Below are positions 1-9,363 of a stretch of DNA of 64,000 nucleotides, piece after piece (within the stretch, counting starts at the first letter, position 1; the number at the start of each line of letters is the position of its first letter). The position numbers and the translations under genes are program-made. Source of the DNA: an uncultured delta proteobacterium (GTDB lineage Bacteria > Desulfobacterota > Desulfomonilia > UBA1062). Location: assembly GCA_963785235.1 (NCBI GenBank), contig CAWAUM010000013.1, positions 128,001-192,000 of the forward strand, written 5' to 3'. Below the pieces are notes generated by a model. The model saw only the letters and a list, made by a program, of their open reading frames with translations, was not told the origin of the DNA and did no database searches.

Positions 1-1729
1 TTCATGTTATAGTCCTCCAGGAACACGATCTTGTCCCTGAAAGGCTCTTCCCTGGCGATATGAATGATCTTCTGGATGATGGTCTTCCCCTCGTGGTCCC
101 TGGGATGGGCCTTGCCTGCAACGATAAGCTGCACCGGGACCTCGCGGTTTGCGAGGATCGCCTTGAGGCGGTCTATATCCCTGAAGATGAGGAGCCCGCG
201 CTTATAGGTGGCAAACGCCTGGCATATCCGATGGTGAGCGCATCCGGGTGCAGAGTCTCCATGGCCCTCTGGATATCCTTCGGTTTGGCGCCGCGTGTGG
301 AGAGCTGCTTCATGAGTTTTTTGCGTGCAAAGGCAACCAGCCTCTCTCTGCGCCGCTGGTGGGTGGACCACAGCTCGGCATCGGGTATTTCGTCGATCCG
401 TTCCCAGACCTTCTGGTTGTCCGGGTCTTCCTTCCACTTGGGTCCGAGGTACCGGTCGAAGAGTTCGGCCATTTCATCGGATATCCACGAAGGAATATGG
501 ATGCCGTTGGTGATGGAGGAGATGGGTACATCCACTATCTTGACATGTGGCCAGATATCCCTCCACATATCCCTGGATACCTCGCCATGGAGCTTGCTTA
601 CGCCATTACGGAAGGTTGAGTTCCTCAATGCAAATACCGTTGCGCCAAAGCCCTCTTTATCGTCATAGGGGTTCTTCCTGCCAAGGGCGACAAAATCGGA
701 CCACTTGATGCTTGAGTCATCCACAAAGGGCTTGATATATTTTTCCATGAGCCCCATCTCAAAAACATCGTTTCCTGCAGGGACCGGGGTGTGTGTAGTG
801 AATACAAGCGAGGCCCTCACCACCTCCCGGGCGGTGTTGAAATCCATGTTTTTCCTCTTCATGAGGTTGCGGATGTGCTCTAATCCGACCAAGAAGCTAT
901 GCCCCTCGTTCATATGGTACACCATGGGGTCAATCCCCAGGGCATCCAGTGCACGCATGCCGCCGATGCCCAGGAGAATCTCCTGCCTGAGCCTGTCCTC
1001 CTGGTTGCCCGCATAGAGCCCGCCCGTTATGGCCCGCTCATCCGGGTGGTTCTCTTCCAGATTGGTGTCAAGCAGATACAAAGGCACCCTTCCCACCTGG
1101 CATTTCCATATCTGCGCCCAGCAATCCCTGTCTCCAAGCCTTACTGTTATCTTGATGGGCTTTCCGCTGTCATTGGACTCCAGCATGAGGGCCATATGGT
1201 AGAAGTCGTTGTCCGGCGACTCCTCCTGTTGCCAGCCGTCCCAGCTCAGGTATTGGGTGAAGTAGCCGTGTTTGTACATGAGCCCCACCCCGCACAGCGG
1301 CAGACGCAGATCGCTGGCGCTTTTCAGGTGGTCGCCGGCAAGTACCCCTAAACCGCCTGAGTAGATGGGCAGGCTCTCGGTAAGACCGAATTCCATGGAA
1401 AAATATGCTATGGTGAAGTCGATGGGCTGGGCCAGCAGGAAGGAATAAACGCCCTTTTCAGCAATATAGTCCTCGAATTCCTCATGGGTCTTTCTCATCT
1501 GAGAAAGGAATCCCTCGTCTTCCATGAGGTCCATGATGCGGCCCTGGGAGATGCGGGAGAGCATGTCCACAGGATTGTGCCCCGTTTCTTCCCACAGGTC
1601 CCTGTCCATATGCTGGAAGAGCCTCAGTCCCTTGTGGTTCCAGCAGTACCAGATATTGTACGCCAGCGAAAGTATGGGATTAAGCATTTCGGGGAGTGTT
1701 GGAATTACTCTAAATGATCTGATCTTCAT
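1..1729 (-). CDS. glgP: Alpha-glucan (glycogen/starch) phosphorylase; runs off the window start; 1-bp frameshift near 213
   Basis: YFSMEFG, YSGGLGVLAGDHLKSASD, HMNEGH and NGVSKLHG motifs. Restoring one T gives ARRFATYKR...AGKAHPRD...FLEDYNM through to base 1. Confidence 0.93.
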
Positions 1730-1941
1730 GAGAGCCCCTTTCTTTATTCACATAATCATATGCGGTTCCCTTGAAGGCATCCCCCCTCAAGCTATCCCCA
1801 CAATGATGAACGGCTTTTGCAGTCATATGCCTGCAATCCGCTTTAAGCCGAATCGGCACTATCACAGAAAATATATAACAAAATTCGTTCATAATCACAA
1901 AAACCGTACCACAGCGAGTGTGTTACCCTTAAGGAAAGGTA

Positions 1942-2703
1942 CTAATCCTTTATGGCTGCGGGGGTCTTCAATGCCTTTTTTGCCTTCTTGGCAGCATCAG
2001 TCTTGGGGTGGTCCTTAATAAGCTGCTGCAAGATAAGGGTGCCGGTATCCTTGTCGCCCATTTTCAGGAATGACAGCCCCTCTTTGTAGAGGGCTTCAGG
2101 AACCTTGTCGCTGTCCTTGAACTTCTTCACCACCGTATCATAGCTTAATATTGCGTCATCATACTTGGCCAGGGCATAGAGGGACTCGCCCATGGTGAAG
2201 TAGGCATCATCGGCCAGGCCGGGGTCAGGATTCTGTGCGAGAAAACCCTTGAAGTCCTGAACCGCATCGTTATAAAGGCCTGCCTTGAATTTTTCAAACC
2301 CGCTGTCATAGAGCGACTTCTGGGCAGCAACAGTTCCTTTGTTCGGGGGCTGTTCCTTGTTCTGAAGCTGGTCCTTGAGTGCCTGGACATCCTTCTCGAG
2401 CTTGGAGATCCTGGTCTCCCCTCCCCCGCTTGGGGTGAGACCCGCAGAGGCCAGGACCTGGTCTACAGATCCCTGCATGGTGAACATCTGATTCTGCAGC
2501 TCTGAATACTTGTTCTGCAGCTCACCCTGCTGCTTCATGGTCTTTTCCAGGAGCTTGTCCTTTTCCGCCGACTTCTTCTCCTCCTGGGACATTCGCGACT
2601 GAAGCATGTCTACCTGCCCCTTGAGAAGATCGAGATCCTGCCTCGTGGCACACCCGGACATTACCAGTAATGCTATGAACAAAAACAGGATAGACTGTTT
2701 CAT
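1942..2703 (-). CDS. cpoB: Tol-Pal coordinator CpoB/YbgF (coiled coil + TPR), lipoprotein-type signal
   Basis: Lipobox VMSGC, coiled coil and C-terminal TPRs (ADDAYFTMGESLY, PEALYKEG); lies directly after pal. Confidence 0.88.
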   Translation of the reverse strand: MKQSILFLFIALLVMSGCATRQDLDLLKGQVDMLQSRMSQEEKKSAEKDKLLEKTMKQQGELQNKYSELQNQMFTMQGSVDQVLASAGLTPSGGGETRISKLEKDVQALKDQLQNKEQPPNKGTVAAQKSLYDSGFEKFKAGLYNDAVQDFKGFLAQNPDPGLADDAYFTMGESLYALAKYDDAILSYDTVVKKFKDSDKVPEALYKEGLSFLKMGDKDTGTLILQQLIKDHPKTDAAKKAKKALKTPAAIKD

Positions 2704-2708
2704 GCTTT

Positions 2709-3290
2709 CTACTCCCCAAGAATGGCAAAGTGGGTCCTTCTGTTCTTGGCCCATGCCGCCTCGTTATGTCCGCCATCAAGAGGTTTCTCTTCCCCGTAGG
2801 ATACCGTATCAAGCCTCTCGGAGGCTATACCCAGGAAGACAAGATAGTCCTGGGCTGCCTTGGCGCGCCTTTCACCCAGGGCAAGATTGTATTCGGGTGT
2901 GCCACGCTCATCGCAGTTGCCCTCGATGCGGACCTTGATAGCTGAGTGCGAATTCAGGAATCCGGCCTTTTCCGCAAGGATCTTCTTGGCCTCTGTGGTG
3001 AGATCGAAGCTGTCATACTCAAAATAGATATCCGTATTTTCAAAGGCGACACGGGCCTGCTCAAGGGCGCCCTTTCCTGTGGTCGTTCCAGAACCAAGGC
3101 CGGCCTCCGGTGTTCCCATTTTCATATCAGTGGGCTCTTTTGTCGTTTCAGTGGGGGTTTGGGGCTGGGGTTTGGGTATCTCTGTGGCAACAACAGGCTC
3201 CAGGGCCTGTTTAGCACAGCCCAGGCTGAATAAAACCGCACAGAGTATCATCAGGGTGTACATGAAACGAATTGTGCTGTTCATAATCAT
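2709..3290 (-). CDS. pal: Peptidoglycan-associated lipoprotein Pal
   Basis: Lipobox SLGC; OmpA-C motif EGNCDERGTPEYNLALGERRA; SYGEEKP...AWAKNRR. Confidence 0.95.
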   Translation of the reverse strand: MIMNSTIRFMYTLMILCAVLFSLGCAKQALEPVVATEIPKPQPQTPTETTKEPTDMKMGTPEAGLGSGTTTGKGALEQARVAFENTDIYFEYDSFDLTTEAKKILAEKAGFLNSHSAIKVRIEGNCDERGTPEYNLALGERRAKAAQDYLVFLGIASERLDTVSYGEEKPLDGGHNEAAWAKNRRTHFAILGE

Positions 3291-3357
3291 TCTCCTTACC
3301 GTTGTGGAGTAGTTTTACTGTAATCCAACATAAGACCAGGTCAAGCCCAAATATCTT

Positions 3358-4632
3358 TCATTTCATGGGCAGCGACCATGAAGGCTCGGAAAATCCTCCT
3401 CCCGCAGTAATGGGTATGGATATGGTCCCCAGGAGGTCTGTAATATAGATATTACCATCAGCCCCGGCAAAAGCAATAAGCCTTCCATCAGGGGAAAAGG
3501 CCGGGGATTCATCGCCAAGGCCCGTTCCGGGGAGCACCCGGAAATTCGTGCCATCGGTTTTGATAGTTGCAATATAATATTTTCCATTCGCAGCAAGGGA
3601 TGAAAACACCACAAGATCCCCTTTAGGAGAAAAAGCCGGCTCTGAGTTGTATTTTCCCTCATAGGTGAGCCTTCGCACATTCTTGGTGGCAAGTTCCATA
3701 ATGAAAATCTGGGGATTTCCTGCCCGGGAAGAGCAGAAGACCATACTTTTCCCATCCATGGAAAAGGATGGAGATGTATCGGTTGCATAACTGGTTGTGA
3801 GCCGCGATTTCCCTGTGCCATCCAGGTTTATTAAGTAGATCTCAGGATTTCCATCACTCGATAGCGTTACTCCTATTCTGCTGCCTGATGAATCAAAGGC
3901 AGGTGAGGTGTTGATGCCTTTCCTCGCCGATATGGACCTCACATTGTAGCTGGCAAGGTCAAGCAGGTAGATATCCGGATTGTTTTTCCAGTAGGATACA
4001 AATGCAATCTTTTTTCCATCGCGAGACCATGCCGGGCTTAATACGAGGCTGCCTCCGCCTGTAATGGTCTTTCCCCCGGTCCCGTCGCAAAACATCACAT
4101 GGAGCTGTTTTTTCCCTTTTTCTTTCTTGATACAGGCGATCTTGGAGGAGAAGATTCCGTCAAGGGCGAATTTGGACTGGAGGATATGGTCCATGAACGC
4201 ATGGACAGCCATGTACATGGTCTGTTCACCACTGGTAAAAGTGGTGTTCTCAATGATCTGGCCCGTGCCGACCTCCACCATCTGCACCTTGAACAAGCCT
4301 GAAGTGCCTTGCCTTGAAACCGTAGCGGCTATTACATAGTCCGCCCCGATAAGCGAGAAGTCCTTCAGCGATGCTTGCTGGACATCGCCAAGTGGGCCGG
4401 GATTGACATAACTCTGGGGCGAGATGACATCAAAGAGCCCTGAAAGTGCAAGGTCCTTGGCGCACATGGCCCAAACCGATCCGGCCATGTCCCCGGGCCC
4501 TGCATAGGTCGGCATGGCAACCTTCATCTTTCGAAATCCGCTTGCCTCTATGTCGATATGGACCTGCTGTGCATACGCATTCAAATGAAATAAGACCATA
4601 CTTGCCAAAATGAGAGAACAGAATCTGCGCAT
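3358..4632 (-). CDS. tolB: TolB beta-propeller protein
   Basis: Signal peptide, TolB_N-like region and PD40 repeats (SPAWSRDG, SPSFSMDG, SPAFSPDG); operon position. Confidence 0.92.
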   Translation of the reverse strand: MRRFCSLILASMVLFHLNAYAQQVHIDIEASGFRKMKVAMPTYAGPGDMAGSVWAMCAKDLALSGLFDVISPQSYVNPGPLGDVQQASLKDFSLIGADYVIAATVSRQGTSGLFKVQMVEVGTGQIIENTTFTSGEQTMYMAVHAFMDHILQSKFALDGIFSSKIACIKKEKGKKQLHVMFCDGTGGKTITGGGSLVLSPAWSRDGKKIAFVSYWKNNPDIYLLDLASYNVRSISARKGINTSPAFDSSGSRIGVTLSSDGNPEIYLINLDGTGKSRLTTSYATDTSPSFSMDGKSMVFCSSRAGNPQIFIMELATKNVRRLTYEGKYNSEPAFSPKGDLVVFSSLAANGKYYIATIKTDGTNFRVLPGTGLGDESPAFSPDGRLIAFAGADGNIYITDLLGTISIPITAGGGFSEPSWSLPMK

Positions 4633-5342
4633 CAATGTGCTCCTTTCGGTGGTGTGAATGACATGGTAACCTCGACCCAGTCCTCGCCTGCAATGAGCAT
4701 CAGCGGAGGCACCGCGAAGCGGCTCGCCCTGCCAAGGGCGATGAGTATCGACCGGTCAAAGGGCACATTGCCCGAGGACACCAGGAGTTTCTTCTGGAGC
4801 AGCTCACCTGTCCTGCTTATACGCAGGAGATACGTGGTCTGCAGCCTTGCATCCATATTCTCGATCTCCGGAGGGGTCTTCCAGAGGCCCTCCACCATGC
4901 CCCTGACCTTTGTCTTCCATAGGGCGATCTCGGATGAAGTCCCTCCGGCAGGGCCATGTGCCTGTCCTGAGCCTGCACCGGTTGGTCCCTGGGGCTTAAT
5001 AAGGTTCCCTGTATACGGCATGTCCTGACTTTCTACAGGCGCCTCAGGCTTGATGTCCGAAGGTGAAAGTGTAGGTGAGGACTCTTTGGTGGCCTTCTCC
5101 TTTTTAACCTCACCAAGGGAGACCTTCTTGGACTTCCTCTCAACAATATACCTCTTGCCTTGGGGAATGGATACACCCTTAGATGCCCCTGCTGCGGCAG
5201 GCATTCCTCCAACGATGGAAACCTCATAAACTTCGGCAGTATCCGGCACCTTGCCGGAAAAGCGAACATCCACCATGGCCAGGACCAACCCGGCATGGCA
5301 GAGGAGAGATATGATGATAAATTTTCTTAATGACCGCATCAA
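4632..5342 (-). CDS. tolA: TolA/TonB-family energy transducer (short)
   Basis: N-terminal TM with SLLCH motif; C-terminal SSGNVPFDRS TonB/TolA-C domain; lies between tolR and tolB. Confidence 0.75.
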   Translation of the reverse strand: MMRSLRKFIIISLLCHAGLVLAMVDVRFSGKVPDTAEVYEVSIVGGMPAAAGASKGVSIPQGKRYIVERKSKKVSLGEVKKEKATKESSPTLSPSDIKPEAPVESQDMPYTGNLIKPQGPTGAGSGQAHGPAGGTSSEIALWKTKVRGMVEGLWKTPPEIENMDARLQTTYLLRISRTGELLQKKLLVSSGNVPFDRSILIALGRASRFAVPPLMLIAGEDWVEVTMSFTPPKGAH

Positions 5343-5347
5343 AGATC

Positions 5348-5752
5348 TTATTTGTTTACCGGAGGTTGGGTTACCAGGCCGATCTTTGTCAGTCCGCTCG
5401 CACGTATGACAGACATCACCTGGACTACAAATCCATACGGGATACCCTTATCGGCCTGCAGGTAAACTGCCTCCACGCTCCTTTGTTCCTTGATCTGGCT
5501 CAGGACCATTTCGAGCCTGCCGAGCTCCACAGGCGATCCATTGATGTCAACAATCTTATTGTTTCCTATGGTGACCACAAGATCCTGGCTCTCGCCCATG
5601 GCCCGGGCTTCGGCCTCGGGCAGGTCAACCTTCATGCCCTCCTTCATCATGGGGGCCGATATCATAAAGATGATGAGCAGTACGAGCATGACATCCACAA
5701 ACGGGGTTACATTGATCTGTGCCACATAGTCTTTACGTCTATTTATCTGCAT
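5348..5752 (-). CDS. tolR: TolR/ExbD
   Basis: INVTPFVDVMLVLLIIFM and ADKGIPYGFVVQVM motifs. Confidence 0.92.
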   Translation of the reverse strand: MQINRRKDYVAQINVTPFVDVMLVLLIIFMISAPMMKEGMKVDLPEAEARAMGESQDLVVTIGNNKIVDINGSPVELGRLEMVLSQIKEQRSVEAVYLQADKGIPYGFVVQVMSVIRASGLTKIGLVTQPPVNK

Positions 5753-6452
5753 TGAACATCCCCCTGCGCAGCAGGTTTATGAAGTCCATATGAAACTGGT
5801 CCATCTGGGCCGAGGCATGGGCGATGAGGCTCGTGAAGTAGTTATAGAAAAGCACAGCCGGTATGGCCACAAAGAGGCCTGCGGCAGTGGCGATGAGGGC
5901 TTCCGATATTCCGGGCGCAACGGTGGCGAGGTTGGCGGAGCCCATGAGTGCGATGTGCCTGAAGGAATCCATGATACCCCAGACGGTGCCGAACAGCCCG
6001 ATAAAGGGGCTGGCATTGCTGATGCTCGCCAGGAAGCCCAGGCCATAGCCCAGGTCCATACCCTGCCGTGCATGGGCATTGGTCAGTCTGGCTTCTATGT
6101 TCGGTATCATGGCCTGGCTGATCATACCCGTCTTGCCGGTGAGCTTGTTCACTTCATCAAGGGCCTCTTCAAACATCATGGCTACAGGGCACTCGCCTGC
6201 TTTGGCAATGGCATCCTTGATCTTGGCCAGGGTGGAGGTCTTGGCAACCACGTCCAGTATGGCCTTCGACCTCTTACGGGCCCTGGTAAACATGATCCAC
6301 CTCTGGATAATGATGCCCCAGGAAAAGATTGAAAATATGAACAGGACCAGCAGCACAAGTTTGACAACCGGGGCTGCATCCACGATCATGGTCCCGATAT
6401 TACCGCTGAAATGTGCGGTGGCTGCATACGCAGTGGATGTCAGTAATGGCAT
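5739..6452 (-). CDS. tolQ: TolQ/ExbB proton channel
   Basis: SPFIGLFGTVWGIM and VAPGISEALIATAAGLFVAIPA motifs. Confidence 0.93.
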   Translation of the reverse strand: MPLLTSTAYAATAHFSGNIGTMIVDAAPVVKLVLLVLFIFSIFSWGIIIQRWIMFTRARKRSKAILDVVAKTSTLAKIKDAIAKAGECPVAMMFEEALDEVNKLTGKTGMISQAMIPNIEARLTNAHARQGMDLGYGLGFLASISNASPFIGLFGTVWGIMDSFRHIALMGSANLATVAPGISEALIATAAGLFVAIPAVLFYNYFTSLIAHASAQMDQFHMDFINLLRRGMFNADK

Positions 6453-6511
6453 TCTTAACCTCCTTGAATTTTGTTTGGTGAATAATCTATCCGATCCATC
6501 CTTGCCTCACC

Positions 6512-7504
6512 TCACCCGGCTCCTAGTCCTTTGGGCAGTGTGATAACAAAGGTAGTGCCTCCGGGGTTGGAGAGAAAGGTAATGGTGCCGGAATGCAGCT
6601 TGATGATCCGGTATGAGATGGAAAGCCCAAGCCCGATCCCTTTGGGTTTTGTGGTAAAAAACGGGTCGAAGATCCTTCCCTTCACATGATCGGGGATACC
6701 CTTGCCCGTATCGGTGATCATGATCTCCATGCGTTCGCCCTTGTCCACAAGATGGACCTCCATCCTGCCGCCGAACTCCATGGACTGGATGGCATTGATG
6801 AACACGTTCATCAGGACCTGTTGTATCATATGCGGGTCGGCCTTGATCTGTTCCTTCCTTGGCGGGTGGAACTCTATAATCTCCACATGGTTCCCACGGG
6901 CTGTATCCTGTACCATGTACACCGCATTTTCAATGATCTTCTTGAGGTCGCATGAGACGACCGAGAGTTCCCTGGGCTTGGCAAAATCGAAAAAATTAAG
7001 CAGCAGCTTGCTCAGACGATCTATCTCTACGATGATGCGTGAGACATATGCCCTGCGATGATCGCCCACCTGAAGTTCCTCATTCAGGGCCTGGGCGGTT
7101 GTCTTGATTCCTGCCAGAGGATTACGTATCTCGTGGGCGATGCCCGAGGTAAGCTCACCCACGGATGCGAGCTTATCCATCTTAAGGATCTCTTTCTGGA
7201 GCTGATTGATTTCACTGATGTCGGTCAGAAACACCACGAATCCACCTCCACCAAGGGGCAATCTGCTCAGCCGGATGGTCAGACGCTCGCTCCCCTTGGT
7301 CCGGATCATGGTCTCTTTCTTAAAGGAGTCCCGTTCTATAAGACCATCCACATTGATTTCCTTAAGGTTGGACTCATCAATGCCCAGAAAATCCAAGGCG
7401 GTCTTGTTTGCATAGATCACAGTACCGTCCTTTTCCGCAAGCATGACGCCTGCGGGCAGCATTTCGAGGATCTCGATAAGGACATCCTTATCCATGGAAC
7501 CCAT
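6512..7504 (-). CDS. Cytoplasmic PAS-domain sensor histidine kinase (NtrB-like)
   Basis: PAS N-terminus; H-box AHEIRNPL; N box INAIQSM; DTGKGI, FDPFFTTK and GIGLGL boxes; no TM segment. Confidence 0.9.
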   Translation of the reverse strand: MGSMDKDVLIEILEMLPAGVMLAEKDGTVIYANKTALDFLGIDESNLKEINVDGLIERDSFKKETMIRTKGSERLTIRLSRLPLGGGGFVVFLTDISEINQLQKEILKMDKLASVGELTSGIAHEIRNPLAGIKTTAQALNEELQVGDHRRAYVSRIIVEIDRLSKLLLNFFDFAKPRELSVVSCDLKKIIENAVYMVQDTARGNHVEIIEFHPPRKEQIKADPHMIQQVLMNVFINAIQSMEFGGRMEVHLVDKGERMEIMITDTGKGIPDHVKGRIFDPFFTTKPKGIGLGLSISYRIIKLHSGTITFLSNPGGTTFVITLPKGLGAG

Positions 7505-7633
7505 ATAACCAAGTCACTTCAAAACTGCCAGAGAAATCTTATACTATCATGGCACTTTCTTCCCCCAAGCATGTATTCATTTAATACTTTGATATTTCAA
7601 ATTAAAATACTATGACAATAGTGAAACTTCATG

Positions 7634-7686
7634 TTGACTTTACTATATTATTTTAATATATAGGCATAAAGTGTCAATTAGTGTCA
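7634..7686 (+). promoter_or_regulatory. Putative dcw promoter with 10-bp-phased AGTGTCA direct repeats (candidate MraZ boxes)
   Basis: TTGACT at 7634-7639, AT-rich -10 region near 7657, and AGTGTCA at 7670 and 7680 just upstream of mraZ. MraZ is known to bind 10-bp-spaced direct repeats. Confidence 0.55.
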
Positions 7687-7704
7687 TATTTGAGAGGGTA
7701 AACG

Positions 7705-8148
7705 GTGTTAAAAGGGCATTACGTTAACTCCATAAATGAGAAGGGTCGCTTAAGCATCCCATCCAAGTTCAGGGATATCCTGAAAGAGTGGGGAGCAGCG
7801 TATCTCGTTGTCACCAAGAGCATTGACCGTTGCCTTCTTGTATTCGCCCCTGATGACTGGGAGCGAATGGAACAAGTGGCTAAAGGCCTTTCCATGGTTA
7901 AGAAGGAAGATATCGTTTTCAAAAGACATTTCGTGGGCTCTGCCGAGGAATGCCCCATTGACGCGCAGGGCAGGATCCTTATCCCTTCAGGCCTGCGCGA
8001 TTATGCAGGTCTGAAAAAAAAGTGCCTGCTTGTAGGCATAGTAGACCGCATAGAAATCTGGGATCAGGACACATATAACCAGGGCATGGAGGAAGCACTC
8101 GAAGACTCCGAGAAGTTGCGCGAAGGGCTTGCGAAGCTCGGTCTTTAA
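7705..8148 (+). CDS. mraZ: Division/cell-wall cluster repressor MraZ
   Basis: EKGRLSIPSKFR and IDAQGRILIP...LRDYAGL...IEIWD motifs. Confidence 0.95.
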   Translation: MLKGHYVNSINEKGRLSIPSKFRDILKEWGAAYLVVTKSIDRCLLVFAPDDWERMEQVAKGLSMVKKEDIVFKRHFVGSAEECPIDAQGRILIPSGLRDYAGLKKKCLLVGIVDRIEIWDQDTYNQGMEEALEDSEKLREGLAKLGL

Positions 8149-8152
8149 GACG

Positions 8153-9076
8153 ATGGAGCATACCAGCGTTCTTCTCAATGAGGTCCTCGAGGTGATCAGG
8201 CCGCAAAGTGGCGGAAGATATTTCGATGGCACGCTGGGCGGAGGAGGCCATTCCCAGGCTATCCTTGAAGCAAGTTCTCCGACCGGCGAACTCATAGCGT
8301 GCGACCTCGACCGAAAAGCGGTATCCCTTGCTTCAAATTCATTGGCACAATATGACACCCGCTGCCATATCTTCTGCGCCAGCTACACCGAGATAGACTC
8401 CCTATGCGCTGAACTGGACTGGAAATACCTCGACGGCATTGTCCTTGATCTCGGCATGTCATCCATCGAGCTCAATGAGGCCGAAAGGGGATTCTCCTTC
8501 GGCGCAGAAGGCCCGCTTGACATGCGATACAACTCCGAACAAAATCTCGATGCGCATGCAGTGATAAACACCTACAGCGAAGAAACACTCAGCCGGATCA
8601 TCTATACATTGGGAGAAGAGCGCTTTGCCCGCAGGATCACGCGGCACATTGTGGAATCACGACCCATCCTCACGACAAAGGCGCTTGCCGAGGTCATATC
8701 CAAGGCCATCCCCAGGAGGTTCTGGCCTAAAAAGATCCACCCGGCCACACGGACCTTCCAGGCCATTCGCATAGAGGTCAACTCCGAACTTGATAACCTC
8801 AAGGAATTCCTGCCCAAGGCCGCCGCGTTATTGTCTGAAAACGGGGTTATGGCTATCATCTCATTCCACTCGCTTGAAGACCGGATCGTAAAGCAATTTT
8901 TTGCGGGTACCGCGACCGCCCTCCTAAGCCGCCGAGGACTTCCCATGCCACAAGAATCCTCGGCGGTCTTTTTTACTCGGATTACCAAGAAACCCGTTAC
9001 CGCTTCGGCCGAAGAAATCCGGATGAACCCCAGGTCACGAAGCGCCCACCTGCGGGCCGCACGGAGGGCCACGTGA
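8153..9076 (+). CDS. rsmH: 16S rRNA m4C1402 methyltransferase RsmH
   Basis: HTSVLL, DGTLGGGGHS, DLGMSS, HPATRTFQAIRIEVN and ISFHSLEDRIVK motifs. Confidence 0.96.
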   Translation: MEHTSVLLNEVLEVIRPQSGGRYFDGTLGGGGHSQAILEASSPTGELIACDLDRKAVSLASNSLAQYDTRCHIFCASYTEIDSLCAELDWKYLDGIVLDLGMSSIELNEAERGFSFGAEGPLDMRYNSEQNLDAHAVINTYSEETLSRIIYTLGEERFARRITRHIVESRPILTTKALAEVISKAIPRRFWPKKIHPATRTFQAIRIEVNSELDNLKEFLPKAAALLSENGVMAIISFHSLEDRIVKQFFAGTATALLSRRGLPMPQESSAVFFTRITKKPVTASAEEIRMNPRSRSAHLRAARRAT

Positions 9077-9363
9077 AGCCGCTGAATACATCAAAGATCC
9101 TGCCCGGCGGTATCGTAGCGCTGCTCTTGCTGATGGTCTGGGCCATGTTCCACGTCTGGACACGTCATATGGTAACCGAACTGGGATATTCGCTGTCTGA
9201 GTCACAGGCAATCACGGAGCAGCTGTTCAGCGAGAACAAGGCCCTGAAGCTTGAGATCTCTACACTCAAGAGCTCAAAAAGACTTGAACTCATTGCAGGG
9301 AGCCAACTGGGACTAACCCCCCCCAAGCCCGAACAGGTGGTGTACCTATGGCTCGACGAATAA
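9073..9363 (+). CDS. ftsL: Cell division protein FtsL
   Basis: Single TM plus leucine-zipper coiled coil, between rsmH and ftsI. Confidence 0.8.
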   Translation: MKPLNTSKILPGGIVALLLLMVWAMFHVWTRHMVTELGYSLSESQAITEQLFSENKALKLEISTLKSSKRLELIAGSQLGLTPPKPEQVVYLWLDE

